From positions 373,922,001 through 373,986,000 of the forward strand of contig OZ024741.1 of assembly GCA_964016885.1 (NCBI GenBank): 64,000 nucleotides of DNA, read 5' to 3'. Shown here in pieces: positions 12,936 to 26,870 of the stretch. Positions within the stretch are counted from its first letter, which is position 1. Each line of letters begins with the position of its first letter. The position numbers and the translations under genes were made by a program. A model generated the notes under the pieces. It ran no database searches. It saw only the letters and a list, made by a program, of their open reading frames with translations, and was not told where the DNA came from. Source of the stretch: Eledone cirrhosa (Eukaryota).

Positions 12936-14374
12936 TTTTTACTACCCGTGTTTCTTGTTGTGATGTAAATTTATCTGGGATCTCAAAAAGCAAATTATAA
13001 TGATGTTTCTTGAAAATATTTACATCCACTCTGTGTAGTCAGCACATTGATTACCTATTGACCTTTGAACAGTGAGCTATTGCAGTATTTTAGCAATATG
13101 CAGTGGCTTCCAGATAGAGGATTGGTGTCGTTCTCAGTGGTAAAGTTTGATGCTACTCTTTCCAGGATCTTCAATATATCGTTTTCCTGTTAGATTTATG
13201 AAACTTCAAACTTGATAGAGTTCAAGTGCTTCCTGCATCTGGTATATCAGCAGTTTCCTTTGAAAAATGTATTGTTAGTTCTTCTGTGTTAATCTGAGAA
13301 AGTTGTCAATGTTACTTTCACATTATGCATCAGTTCCGTGTTATGTGGAAAGCAAAGATCTAACGTATATCTTAGCCCTTGTTGTCTAAAAAGTCTGTCA
13401 TGCAACAGGTTGGTGTTTATCCCGATTTCCGTGGCATGAAACGACGGAGAGTACATAACTCCCAACTCTGGACAGGGCACCAAACTATTGAGGTTTAACA
13501 CACACACCCCACCCCCCAGCTATTGCCGGTACTTATTTTCAGCTGAGTATACTGGAGCAACGTGAAATGAAGTGTTTTGCTCAAGAATACAACACACAGC
13601 CTGGTCCAGGAATCGAACCCATGAAATTATGATCGTAGCAGCATTGTGGAAATATCCAAAACGGTGTAGAGGGTCATAGGGTTTATAATCTGTCGTGTAA
13701 TTTGATGTGGGTGAGTGTGGTGTAAGCAGCGGAAAATGAAGGCTTAGTAATTTTTTTTTTGTACTCAAAGCAAGAAGTGTCAAAACCTGGGTTCATCAGC
13801 TTCCCTAAGCTGTAAATTGAAATTATTTTATTTGGGAGAGGGGGGTGCAAAACTGGCATAAAGGGGTGCATATTCTAGAGCTAGCCTAGAACGCTAAATA
13901 CTCAAACATCGGCTCGAAGGAACAATAAACTCCCAGTATGCTGAATCTACAATTTGACTTTATTTTTGTTGCTAATCATCTTAGAGAAAATATAAACGTT
14001 GCATCACCCTTGCATTTAATGCATTTATCACATCTCACGTTTATATGATAAAAATTATCCACCGTGGCTCTTTCTAGTACATGCACATATTATAGTTGAT
14101 AGCATATAACACTCACAGGTATATAAGACCACCATTTTAACAGGAAATATTGAAATGTCATTAAAACAGGTAAGTAGTGGTGGTATAGTGGTATAGCAGG
14201 GAAAAACCATTTGAAAAAACATGCAACAAGACGGCAAAATTTATGAGGAGCAAGAACAGATGGGCTATAATGGTAAATATTTTATAAAAACGAGATGCTA
14301 ATAGAGGAGAAAATAACAGTAAATCAAAAAAATCAGACTATAAATTTATTGTGAATGAAGTATTTCTATTGTTG

Positions 14375-14573
14375 CAGACCTGCCGACCTCTAAAAACTCA
14401 AGCGAGGAGTACCATGAAAAATAGTACCCCAAAACGGGGAGAAATGAGGTAAATGGGGGGAAGGGATTTTTCATAATGAAAGCTATACCCATTTTCACTA
14501 GAGACGACATTTCTCAGCCACTCTAAATGCTATTGCAAATCTCCCCGTTTGACGGGGAGAGTTGACAGGCCTG
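14375..14573. mobile_element. MITE-like element (copies 27926-28123, partial 27706-27770)
   Basis: Terminal inverted repeats cagacctgcc(g/a)acctc / gagttgacagg(c/t)ctg, three similar copies. Confidence 0.65.
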
Positions 14574-15107
14574 GTATATGTGTGACGTCCGAATGAGAAT
14601 CCTCCACCTCTGACTATCTTACTCTCCGCCTCTTAGTCCTGGCTAGTTAGACTGTGAAGGTGTGTGACTTAGTAGTTACGGTGTTCCCTTCGTGATAGTA
14701 ACGTAGTGAGTTCGATTTTTGTCGACCTGTTGTGTCCTCCAGCAAGTTATTTCACGTCATAGTGCTCCAATTTAATCCATTAGGGAAAAATGAATTGTAC
14801 CTGTGATTCAAAAGACTGGCCTGTCACAGACTGTGTCACACTGAATCTCCCTGAGAATTACGTTAATGGTGCATGTGCATGTTAATTTTCCAAGCAGGCT
14901 GTTTTGTTGATCAAATAACTGGAACACTTGCCTTCAGAATTGACGGAGACTTAACAACAGGAACTAACAACATCAGTACAAGTACTGATAAATCTAAAGC
15001 AATGGTCTCTAACATAAACGGACTACTAAAATATTTTGAGGGTTCGTTAAATAAAAAATGTTTAAAGTTTGGCAGTTCTACATATCATTTTTTATGATAT
15101 TCTAAAG

Positions 15108-15398
15108 CAGGCATGGGCAATCTTTTTCGAGAGTCGGGCCGCATGAGATATGGCTCATCATCAGGCGAGCCGCAAGCGCTAATTTACATTCGTGCCCACA
15201 TTTTAAAAAAAGGGTGGTAACTCAGGTTGTTTTAATTTGTTTCTTCAGAATCGTACACGTTGTTTTCTTTGATCGTAAAGATTAGAGAAAGATAAATTAC
15301 GACTGAAAAGTTAGGGTAAAAATATCAGAAAGATTTCACTTAGGTGACTTAGGCGAGCCACTCAGAAAGTTTCACGGGCAGCAAGTTGCCCATAACTG
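15108..15398. mobile_element. hAT (Charlie-type) MITE
   Basis: TIR caggcatgggcaa / ttgcccataactg, perfect 8-bp TSD TTCTAAAG (15100-15107, 15399-15406). Confidence 0.85.
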
Positions 15399-15479
15399 TT
15401 CTAAAGGAAAATAACAAATGTGTACATATATTTCTTTTCTGTTATCAAGTTTGGAGGGATTTATAGACCCGTAATTACT

Positions 15480-15780
15480 GATGGCCGACCACATGACTAA
15501 ACCATTTCCACCTCCTAACCCTAGTCTAGTGAGGAGGGTAAGTGGAACCCCAGTAGCACAAAAAAAAGGGTGTTAAAAGGGTGAATGAACTCCCCAGAGT
15601 CAACGGTCGTCCACCCCAACTATGGGTTAAATAGATTCACCAACCCGTAACTGGCCAAGCGTAGTAAGTATGGCTGCACCCCTGACATAACCAAAATCAA
15701 ACAGAAAGCGGTGGAGGTCAACTAAGGAGGTGTTCCTCTAACATGGATGAGAAGACCCTAGATTGGATTGGAATTCCTGA
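15480..15780 (+). mobile_element. Unclassified dispersed repeat (copies 20070-20290, 46800-47090)
   Basis: Shared aagtggaaccccagcagcac..ggatgaact..agagtcaacgg block in three places. Confidence 0.65.
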
Positions 15781-16748
15781 TGGAGTCGTAGTGGCGCCGT
15801 AGTGACATACGCATGGGCAGTTTATACCTGGCGGAACCCATCCCCTCTCTAGGTTTGAACACAGCCGATTTCTTCCAGAGAAGGATAGAGAATGGAAGCG
15901 AGAAAGAGATATAGAGGAAGAATCGACTCCAGAACTTCACTGGTAAAGAAGAGGAAGTGACAAAGAGATATAGAGAAAGAATCGATCCAGTACTTAATTG
16001 TTAGTTTGTTTTGTTATCGACCTTGAAAGGATGAAAAACAAAGTTGATCTCGATGGGATTTGAACTTAGAGAGGGCAGAGAGCAAGAGAGAATACCGCAA
16101 AGCATTCAATCCGACGTTCTAATAACTCTGCCAATTCACTGGGATTCCTATCGTGAAAAAAGTTTGGGGACTACAAATCTGAGAATTCCTGGTAAACATT
16201 AACTTGTCAAAAACCCGAGTAATAGGTTTTTTTTTATAGATTTCGAATGAATGAAAGACAAAGTTGACCTCGGCAGGATTTAAACTCAGAGTAGAGATTT
16301 AAACTCAGAGTAGAGATTTAAACTCAGAGTAGAGATTTAAACTCAGAGTATAGATTTAAACTCAGAGTAGAGAGCCGAAAAGAATACCACAAAGCATTCT
16401 AACGACTCTGCCAATTCACCACTTCTCGAATTTATTACTAAACCATTTAATACTGGTCGTAAATTTTGTAGAAGCTTTTAGTTTTATTTTATAATTAAAC
16501 CATTTAATGCAGGTCGTAAACTGTATACTGTGATTTCCCTGGAGCTTGAAATCTTTCAGGGATTATTTGTTTAATTTGTCACTTCCGTCAAATGCATCAA
16601 TACATCAGACTACTTCCTTCACATTAATATTTTGTTCTAACGTCTCTCAAGGAGATCTTGCGTTTTTCTTTTGTTTGTTTGGTGTTTCTTTTTTTTTTTG
16701 TGAATTAATTTTGCGATCGTAATACACTTAGGATATATATATACATAC

Positions 16749-16799
<51 letters not shown>

Positions 16800-16830
16800 A
16801 AAGAATAGAGGTGTAACACACAAGTTATTA

Positions 16831-17222
16831 TATATTGGTAAACGGAATAGAAAATGCTGACAAATTGTTCACATTTGAAAAATGGTTTAATTAGGAATAA
16901 AAGAGTATTAGCGATTGTATGGGTTAGTATTCAGTTGTGGTTTTAAGTTTTTAAGTTTTTACCGGTTGCGCATTTCTAAATGCTTTTCAAAAATAATTTT
17001 GAGATAGAGTGTCCGTGCTGTTTGCTCTGATCAGAGCAAACAACACGGACACTCTATCTCAAAATTATTTTTGAAAAGCATTTAGAAATGCGCAACCGGT
17101 AAAAACTTAAAAACTTAAAACCACAACTGAATACTAACCCATACAATCACTAATACTCTTTTATTCCTAATTAAACCATTTTTCAACTGTGAACAATTTG
17201 TCAGCATTTTCTATTCCGTTTA

Positions 17223-17230
<8 letters not shown>
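16831..17230. repeat. 400-bp spacerless palindrome between (TA)n tracts
   Basis: Axis GCTCTGA|TCAGAGC at 17030/17031, three arm mismatches seen. Non-folded homologue at about 43130-43580. Confidence 0.93.
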
Positions 17231-17280
<50 letters not shown>

Positions 17281-17370
17281 CATATATATGTATACATATA
17301 TATGTATATACATATATATGTATATATATATATATATGTATATATATATGTATATACATATATATGTATA

Positions 17371-17426
<56 letters not shown>

Positions 17427-17461
17427 TATGTATATATATATATACATATATATGTATATAC

Positions 17462-17520
<59 letters not shown>

Positions 17521-17683
17521 CATATATATGTATATACATATATATATACATATATATGTATATATATACATATATATATGTATATACATATATATGTATA
17601 TATATATATATATCATCTTTGAAAGTGTGACAGGTTCATTTTGTCATTATAACCATCGGTGATTATGTGTGCGTGTTCGTGCG

Positions 17684-17735
<52 letters not shown>

Positions 17736-18069
17736 TGTGTGTGTGCGAATATGTGTGTCTATGTGCATGTTTGTGTTCGTGTGTATTTATATGCGTGTGT
17801 GTTTATGCTTGTGTGTGTGTGTGTGCGTGGGTGTGTATGTGCGTGTGTAATTTTGTTTATATTGGAAGTATTGTTGATTCTTAACATTATTTTTGGCCTT
17901 GTCATTAATATCTCATACAAATATAATTCAACTATATAGTTGTTTTTATTATATATATGTGTGTGTATGTGTGTATGTGTGTGTACGTATGTGTGTGTGT
18001 GTGTGTGTGTGTGTACACATCGGCTAGATAGATATCATGTATATATATATGTATGAATGCATATATGTA

Positions 18070-18150
<81 letters not shown>

Positions 18151-18195
18151 ATGCAAATATGTATATACATATATGCATATACATATATACATATT

Positions 18196-18255
<60 letters not shown>

Positions 18256-18257
18256 CT

Positions 18258-18335
<78 letters not shown>

Positions 18336-18413
18336 TACATATATACATATTTACATACATATACACACATAGAAATGCATATATATATCTATATATATAT
18401 ATATATATATATA
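17227..18413. repeat. Compound (TA)n/(TG)n microsatellite block (similar blocks 28480-29770, 34700-34860, 36620-37290, 43585-44050)
   Basis: Direct sequence. The YI/VC/HT-rich ORFs here are artefacts. Confidence 0.95.
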
Positions 18414-18771
18414 ATCTGTCCACTCTTCAGCAGGTAAGTATTTACATTATGTATTATGTGCTTTTATAACAACTCTATCGTTTCTATATCTATCTACATT
18501 AAGGATGACCGTTTATTTTCGTTAGATTACCTTGTAGCCAGACATGAAACTAGTTTTACCATTATTACAGTGAATACTAACTTACTATCTTCATATACCA
18601 AAAGAAGGATAGTTGTTTAAGGGAATCATTGAAGCAAAATCGATCTTAAAATAGCTTCAAAAATCCTTTTATATTTTGTCTGTTGTGAAAAATATAGTAG
18701 TTACAAATATCAAGAGAATAGACCTTATAAATCTGATTATATAGTTGATTGATCAAAGTAAGTTGATATTC

Positions 18772-19030
18772 ATCTTCTTCTTCTTGGTTGGTTTTACCCG
18801 TATAATCTGTTCAGCCATTCTTTCCTGGGACATTCTAACCACATGTCCGTAATATCGGGGCTGTGATCTCTCAATTCGGAGAAATAGCGGCTCTGCCTGT
18901 ATCGACACTGATCTCCGAGCTACGCACTCTATTATGTTACATTACTCCAAACACTATTCAAAGGAACCCCATTTCGGCCGCTTGTATTTGCGATCGCATT
19001 CTTTTGGTCATTAACCAAGATTCATAGGTA
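18772..19030 (-). mobile_element. RTE-type LINE 3' fragment
   Basis: Minus strand YYGHVVRMSQERMAEQI with a (GAA)n tail. Confidence 0.6.
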
Positions 19031-19180
19031 AGAGAAGGAAAGCCATTTTATTCAAATTAAATTTGTCATCCAATTTTTTTTTATATATATAGACTTTATA
19101 TGTAGTGGGCCACCATAATGTTTTAAGTGCTTAAGGCCTCAACAGAACTTAATCCAGCCCTGCACCTCCCCAGCCTATAT

Positions 19181-19270
<90 letters not shown>

Positions 19271-20641
19271 AGAAGGAGTTAACACAGCCGAGTGTAAGTT
19301 GTGTTAAACCGAGTGAGCGACGGATTAAGTCTACCACCTAAGTAAGCCAGTGGGGGATTTGAACTTAGAACTCAAAAAGCCAAAACAAATTTCCCCGATT
19401 CACTGCTTGATACTTTGTTTATCGAGCCCTGAAGAATGAAAAGCAATGTTTATCTCAGCAGAAGTTGAATTCAGAATGTAAATGGGCGGAATAAATACCA
19501 CAAGGCAATTTCATCTGACATTGACACTTCTCTGAAATTGCTGCCGTATCTATTATCATATACACAAATATATATACCCAGCCGTCCTCACAGCCCACCA
19601 TTCATATACCCATGCAGGTTTGTGTGTGTGTGTATATATATATATTTGAAACGTGTACATCCCAACACAAATTATCATAACAGTTTCTGATTTAGGCACA
19701 AGGTCAACAATATTTGGGGGCAGGAGAAAGTCGATTAAATCGACCCAGTGCTTTACTGGTACTTTATGTTAACGACCCCGTAAGGATGAAGGGCAAAGTT
19801 AATCTCGGCAGTATTTGAACTCAGAACGTAATAGTCGATCATCATAATTACAAGTTGAGAAGATCGGGTGAAATACGTGGATAGTGATCGACTATTATTG
19901 TGATCACTTGCGTTGAGGCGCACACGTTTCAAATTTTCCCAATATTTCTTAAGTCAATCCCTTTGTATACTTAGATATAACCATATATATACATACACAC
20001 ATATATACATATGTGTATGTGTGTGTGTATGTATATATACATATGTGTATGTGTGTGTATGTATGTAGTCGGCGACTAAACTGGCTCCCCCACCAGACCA
20101 TGGTCTGGCGAGGAGAGCAAGTGGAAACCCAGCAACACAAACACAAGAACTGTCAAAGGACGGATGAACTCTACAGAGTCAACAGCCATCTACCCCAGCA
20201 ATGGGTTAAATAGCCTCACCAACCTGCAATTTGCCAAGTGAGTACGGCTACACCCCGTAGAGAGGTTAAACTCTATGACAATAACAAATGCGATCCTCGT
20301 ATATAGCTGATGAAGGGATACTTTTCTTCTCTTGTTTACGTCCCGTTTACCTTCTAACACTTCGTTTTCAGTAACCACACAGCCTGCCTCTTCACCTGTA
20401 TTTATAATCATATATATATATATATATTAAAATAACAGATTAAAGTTTAAGCAAAGAATCGCTGCTTTCACCCTTAACGGGATCTTCTGAAACTAAAAAA
20501 GTCAATCTGTGAACGCAGAAGTAAATATTTCAAAAAACGTTACAAACGGAGTAAGACAGGAAGACGATACTTTGGTTCGTAGAAACGTTCCCTGGTAAAG
20601 AACGGGAAAAAACGAAGATAATACGTCATTATTTGGAGCGG

Positions 20642-20736
20642 AGGTTAACTTTGCCTTTCATCCTTACGGGGTCGATAAAATAAAGTACCAGTAATACACT
20701 GGGATAATTGCTGGCCTTGTGCCAAAAGTAGAAACA
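20642..20736 (+). mobile_element. 5'-truncated SINE A with 14-bp TSD
   Basis: TSD attatttggagcgg at 20628-20641 and 20737-20750. Confidence 0.82.
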
Positions 20737-21321
20737 ATTATTTGGAGCGGTGAAAAACAATTACACGCAAAGACAAAACCACGTTTATGGTATAAAAGAA
20801 GTCGTAAACTAATATTCTATTAGGTGGTTCATGGAGACGTTCTCTGGCAATGAACGGAAAAAACGAAAATAATACGTCATTATGTGGAGCGGGAAGAATT
20901 GCACTCAAAGACAAAACCACGTAAATGGTATAACTGAAGTCGTAGACTAAAATTCTAACTAGGAAACCGAATGATTCTCGGTTTCAGAGTTAAGAATAAA
21001 ATGAATAAAATACAGAGGTAATTGAAATTAAATAAATACATACACGCATCAATATACGTACATACACAAGCATACGCGAAAACACACGCCATAGGTATAC
21101 AAATACAAGCACGTACACAAAAAAACCCGCACGCACATACAAAACCCACGCAACGCCTGTACCCGCACACATACGAATGTATACACCAAAAACACATAAA
21201 AATATATATAAAAAATATATATATATGTGTGTGTGTGTGCGTGTATACATATAATTAAATAAACGTATATAAATAAATAAATACATATATATATATTCAT
21301 ATATATATATATATATATATA

Positions 21322-22127
21322 TGATATAGATATTCCAGCAGGCACTAAGTACCCACGGAAATATATATGGTGTCTGTAATAGTGGTTGTTCTATGGTACT
21401 AATTTGAGATACCAGAACTGTAAATATGAGCGGAATAACCAAACATTAAACAGTCTTTTAAATAAATTAAAGTACGATTTAAATATTTACCTCTTCTAAT
21501 TACTTTACCGACGGTTTCGCTGATCAAAAGATTGGAAATTCAGAGAATTTCCAATGGAGAGATACAGCTCTTCAGACATCTTTTCCAAAACTACTAGATA
21601 TAAATCCGAGTAGAAGTAGATGTGACGCTTTCTGCCCGGTGTATGAAATCAAGCCGTTAAAATGACCCACACGCAAATAGGCCGTAAGAAAAAGCAGGAA
21701 TTATAGACTCGTTAATATTTCATGTTACTAGAAATAGCAGCACGATATAACATTTTTTTCTCTACATTAAAGGCGAATTCAAATAAATGATATAGATATT
21801 CCAGTAGGCACTAAGTACCCGCGGAAATATATATAGTGTCTATAATAGTGGTTGTTCTATGGTACTAATTTGAGATACCAGAACAGTAAATATGAGAGGA
21901 ACAAGCAAACATTAAATACCGGGCAGAAACCGTCACATCTACTTCTACTCGGATTTATATCTAGTAGTTTTGGAAAAGCCACCTGAAGAGCTGTATCTTT
22001 CCATTGGAAATTCTCTGAATTTCCAATCTTTTGATCAGCGAAACCGTCGGTAACGGCATTAGAAGAGGTAAATATTTAAATCGTATTTTAATTTATTTAA
22101 AAGACTGTTTAATGTTTGCTTGTTCCG

Positions 22128-22135
<8 letters not shown>
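21322..22135. mobile_element. Penelope-like pLTR composite (partial tandem plus inversion) between (TA)n tracts
   Basis: Direct repeat 21322-21450/21788-21916, inverted repeat about 21425-21640/21918-22135, an HHR in each inverted arm. Confidence 0.72.
21978..22057 (+). ncRNA. Type I hammerhead ribozyme with long stem II (inverted copy at 21501-21580 -)
   Basis: CTGAAGA, stem II GCTG..ATTGGAAATTC-TCT-GAATTTCCAAT..CAGC, GAAA, CC-GTC-GG, GUA. Stem I GCCAC/ACGGC is imperfect. Confidence 0.7.
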
Positions 22136-22200
<65 letters not shown>

Positions 22201-22292
22201 AGTGTAACTTGGAGTTACTGCAGGTTCACCCGGGAGAGCACTCGATGTTTAGGTTCACTTCTGTGATGAGGTGTAGAGCTATACAGAGTGTA

Positions 22293-22572
22293 ATATATTG
22301 AAAAGATAACAAGGACGATTGGTTACTCCTTCATTACATTTATTGGTAGGTGACGCGCGTTTCGCCACTGATCAACTCAAGTTTCGATCTGTATCGATCT
22401 TACCCGACTCAATAATTGGCAGCTCGATGGACCCTTTAAAATGGTATAAGAAAAGGGTCCGTCGAGCGGGTAAGATCGATACAGATCGAACCTTGAGTTG
22501 ATCAGTGGCGAAACGCGCGTCACCTACCAATAAATGTAATGTAGGAGTAACCAATCGTCCTTGTTATCCTTT

Positions 22573-22580
<8 letters not shown>
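22293..22580. repeat. Fold-back palindrome mirroring an HHR 3' half
   Basis: Both arms read outward as GGCGAAACGCGCGTC-ACCTACC-AATAAA. Long central stem, adjacent (TA)n. Confidence 0.9.
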
Positions 22581-22607
<27 letters not shown>

Positions 22608-22717
22608 AAGAGAAGAAGACAAAAGAAGAAGAGAAAATGACTATATTGGATGTCTGTCTGGTTTACAGTATGAGGTAAGACCGGGGTGTGTGTGACAAAA
22701 CAAAAAAAAAACAATTT

Positions 22718-23112
22718 AAAAAATCTTCCAGATACTCCAAATTCTTCGTTTAACCGTTCATGTATAGTATATGAAGATTTCTAGGTGTTCCTACATATAA
22801 CTGTCCATATAACTGTCCATGGGTAAAAACCGATTCTCTTGTATTCAATTCTACAACTTTGAGACTCTGAGCTTTATGTATGGTCATAGCAAAACTGGCT
22901 CACACAGGGAACTGATGTCTTGAGAATTTGAATGGCAGCTTGGCAGAGGAAGGGATAAGAGGAATCTTGGGAATAAATACATTTTATCCTTGATGATTGC
23001 CTCCAAGAATAGTGACCTCTAGGAGATGGTTCATCATCTGCCTGGCTGTAAAATGTGTGCCATTGCATAGAAGTAGCGGGTTCACGTTTCTCATAAGGAT
23101 GATAGAAGTCCC
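22718..23112 (-). pseudogene. Helitron PIF1-type helicase C-terminal fragment
   Basis: Manual translation across frames: IILMRNVNP, LCNGT, VFIPKIPLIPS..LPFKFSRHQFPV, FAMTI, QSLKVV, FTHGQLYV. Confidence 0.82.
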
Positions 23113-23564
23113 AATATTTTATATTATATGTAGATATAAATATATATAAGTATATATAGATACAGATATAGATAATTGGGTGGGCCCCATCGCGTATCGT
23201 TTTTGTAAATATGAAAATAGTTTATGATTTTAAAAAAAAAATATATATATATATATATACACCTAGATAATTGTATATAAATGTGTATGTGTGCGTGTGC
23301 GCACGTGTGTGTATATGTGTGCGTGTGTTTGTGTATATGTAAACCAGCGTTTGAATCGGAGACGCTGGCTGCGAAACATTTATGTATATGTATGTGTAGA
23401 TGTGTGTGTGTTTAATTCTCTGTGTATCTGATTAAGTATTTACGTGAAGATGTGTGTGTATGTAACTTACCAAGGCGTAATGTACGTAACGAACGCGCAA
23501 ACACACGCACACTCACAAACACATGCACACTCATATACGAAATGTGACGTCGTCGTCGTGTTAT

Positions 23565-24650
23565 ATACCTGTCAGGTACGGCGGCCTTGGCCTCCGATCC
23601 TCGATCTCGCTGGCTTTGCTGGCGTTTCTTTCATCGGTAACCTCATGCCACGTCCTCGTCAGCAGGATTCTCCAAAATACAATGGAACCCTCTGTGTTCA
23701 GGGAACATGAGGCCGCCTGTGAGACGTGGGAAAGGCTGGGACTTAGCCCAGTAGACGTGCCTCTTCCTTCTCTCCCTGCTGACGTCAAGTCCTCCCAAAG
23801 CACTTGGGATGCCATTCAGTGCAGCCTGGCTTCAGACAGGCTCATGCGCCAGCTCGACCAGCACTGCCTTGCCTGTTTTCGCGCGGCCTCCAAACCCCAC
23901 AGTGGTGCCTGATTCTATGCCTTGCCCTCCTTCTCCACTGGCACGCAGCTGGATAACGATGGCCTGCGCATCGGCGTTTCCTTGAGGCTTGGACTCCGGA
24001 TCTGCCAGTCACATAAATGTCGCTGTGGATCCACCGTGGACTCTTTCGGCCTCCACCCGCTTTCCTGTCGCCACAGTGCCGATCGCCTTCCACGCCATGC
24101 TGCCCTCAACGAGGTCATAAATCATGGCTTGGACGCTGCAGGCTTCCCCTCCCAGCTAGAGCCAGTGGGACTGGAGCGAGGGGATGGCAAAAGGCCAGAC
24201 GGTATGACCATCTTCCTGTTCCGCGGTGACAAACCCCTCGTCTGGGATGCCACTTACAGCGACACTTTGTCCAGCCGCAACTTAGTGCAGTCTGCGACTA
24301 ACCCAGGTACTGCTGCACGTCGGGCTGAGGAGGCCAAACTCTCCAAGTACCGGTCGCTCTCCGACAGGTTCGCCGTCGTGCCCTGGCAGTGGAGACTTCT
24401 AGTGTCCTTGGCCCTAGGGCTACCTCCCTATTCACCACCATAGGCGCCGAGCTGGCCAGCCGCAGGTGTGAGCCTCGCGAGTTAGAATGGCTCTTCCAGC
24501 GCACCTCCCTTACCATCCTCCGGGGAAACGCCTTCTCCATTCTGTTCGCCGGGGATGTGGGGAGGCCAGCACGTGGGACCCCATTTGCTCACCATACGGA
24601 TTAACCACACTGTTTGACACACATTCCTTGTTTTCATTTTTCATTTTATT
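23565..24650 (+). mobile_element. CRE-clade-like RLE LINE, second 5'-truncated copy
   Basis: Highly similar to 10655-11610. CRCG..H..SC knuckle, RPDG, WDAT and K..KY motifs. Confidence 0.85.
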
Positions 24651-24689
24651 TTTATGAATATTATTTTAAATATCCGTTTATTTATATTG

Positions 24690-24867
24690 TCTATAGTAGA
24701 TTAATTTAGATAAAATGTTATGTTTTAATCCAAATTATATGTTGATGTTCCCGGGTTCTTATACTATTACCTTGTAAAATTTGATTTGATTTGGTCGAGC
24801 CGTTTGGGAATGCACAAGGAAAATTCAGACAGACTGTGAGACAAAGAATTTTATGTAGAGAGAGATC
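24690..24867 (-). mobile_element. Possible Helitron-like 5' end
   Basis: aaatttgatttgatttggtcgagccgtttggg..cagacagac..tagagagagat resembles ends of non-autonomous Helitrons. Same strand as the helicase fragment. Confidence 0.4.
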
Positions 24868-25671
24868 AAGCAAAAGTAGTTCCCAGGTAAGAACCGGTTA
24901 GTGGATTTCAGCAAAGAAAATCCCCCAACGTTATCGGTGGATTGGCAGTATCGGTAGAGGGTCAGACGCCTTGCTTTGCAGCAAAGAGTTACGGCCCTTT
25001 ATGGTCTGAGTTCAAATCCTGCCGAGGTTAACTTTGCCTTTCATCCTTACGGGTCGATAAAATAAAGTACCAGTAATGTACTGGGATAATTGCTGGCCTT
25101 GTGCCAAAAGTAGAAATAGTTATTTCATTTGATGACCGCGCATGTGTAATTTCAAGCCTGTAACATTTTTACAAGGAGAGCTACAGACACTGCATGTCAA
25201 GTTTTCCAAGTTTTCAGGAATGATGTGAGTCCTGAGATTTAGCCCAACATTTGACCTAGCTGAAAAGTTATAATGAAGACATTGATGGTTTGTAGGAACG
25301 CGGTTATTATTCTGGAAATAAGAAATACTATAAAACAGTTACATAACACACACTCACACACACACACACTCTATCTCTCTCTTTCTCACTCTCTCTCACA
25401 CATACATATTTCACACATACACACTCTTCTCGTGTCTCTCATACACACATACACACTCTCCCCGTCACTCACACGTACACACTTTCCCCGTCTCTCACTC
25501 ACACTCACACACACATACACACATTCCCTTTCTCTCACAAACACATACACACGCATACACACTCTCCCCGTCTCTCTCACAGACACACACACATACATAC
25601 ACTCCCTCTCTCTCACAAACACTCACATATGCTTGCCGGATTTTCATCACTACAAATAAGTAATTCTAACA

Positions 25672-26870
25672 ATTGTTGTTGTTGTTGATGGTGGTGGTGG
25701 TGGTGATGGTGATGGTGATGGAGGTGGACGTGGTGGTAGCGGCGGAGCTGGTGATGGTGTTGGTTGTTGTGGTGGTGGTGGTGGTGGTGGTGGTGGCGGT
25801 GATGATGGCTGTGGTGGTGGTGGTGGTGATAGTTGTGGTGGTGGAGGTGGTAGTTGTGGCGGTGATGGTGGTGGCGATGGTGAATGTAGTGGTGATGAGT
25901 GTGGTGGAGGTGGTTGTGATGGTGGTGGTGGTGGCTGTGGTGATGGCGTTGGTGGTAGTGGTGGTGGTGGGGGTAGCTGTGGTGGTGTTGGCGTTAGTGG
26001 TGGTAGTGTTGGTAGTTGTGGTGGTGATGTTGGTGGTGGTAGAATTGGTAGCTGTGGTGATGGTGGCTATGGTAGTGGTGTTGGCGATACTGGTGATAGT
26101 GGTGGTAGTTGTGGTGTTGATGGTGTAGTGGTAGTATTGGTGGCTGTGGTGGTGGTGGCGATGGTGACTGTTATGGCGGCGGTTGTGGTGGTGGTGGTGG
26201 TGGTGGTGGTGGTAGAATTGGTGGCTGTGGTGCTGATGGTGGCTATGGTAGTGGTGATGATTGTGGCTGTATTGGTGGTGTTGACGATAGTGGCGGTAGT
26301 AGTGGTGGTGGTAGTGGTGGTTTGTAGTAGTGATGTTGTTGTTGGTGGTGGTGGTGATGGTTGCGGTGGTGTTGGTGATGATGGCGATAATGGTGGTAGT
26401 GGTGGTGGTGGTTGGTAGTAGTAATGTTGTTGTTGTTGGTGGTGGTGGTGATGGCGATAATGGCGGTAGTGGTGGTGGTGTCCTCTTCCTCTACCTCCCC
26501 CTCATATTGACCTGTCTCTCTCCAACAAATATACTTTACGTATAGGAAGGAAAACTCGAGCAACAATCCTTTTTTTATATTCTTTTCTTTTTTTGTTTTT
26601 GCTTGTTCTTGCTGACGACAATACTAGAAGAAAGCAAGCCTCCTCCTCCCCCTCCTCCTTCTCCTTTGTCTCCTCCACCTCCTCCTCTTTCATCTCCTTC
26701 ATTCACCTCTCCCACCTCCCTTCCCCCCTCTTTCTCCTTTGTCTTCTCCACTTCCTTCTTTCCCGTTCCCCTTCTTCTTCCTTCACCTCCTCTTCTTTTT
26801 TCTCCTTTCCCCTTCCTCTTCTCTTTCGTTCACCTCTCCTCCTTCGTCTTCTTTACCTTCTCCTTCTCCT
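25672..26870. repeat. Degenerate (GGT)n tract followed by a pyrimidine-rich tract
   Basis: Direct sequence. The poly-Val ORFs are artefacts. Confidence 0.9.

Noticed and set aside
17167-18469. Long YI-, VC- and HT-rich ORFs here and at about 7.8, 21, 28-29, 36-37 and 43-44 kb
   Set aside because: Translations of dinucleotide microsatellites
18583-18690. Possible minus-strand exon (..CACAACAG / GTAAGT)
   Set aside because: Stop codons in all three frames
20309-20345. CTGATGAAGGGA as another hammerhead
   Set aside because: No GAAA, stem III or NUH follows the putative stem II
25673-26545. Poly-Val or Gly 'membrane protein' ORFs
   Set aside because: Degenerate (GGT)n repeat with no other coding signal
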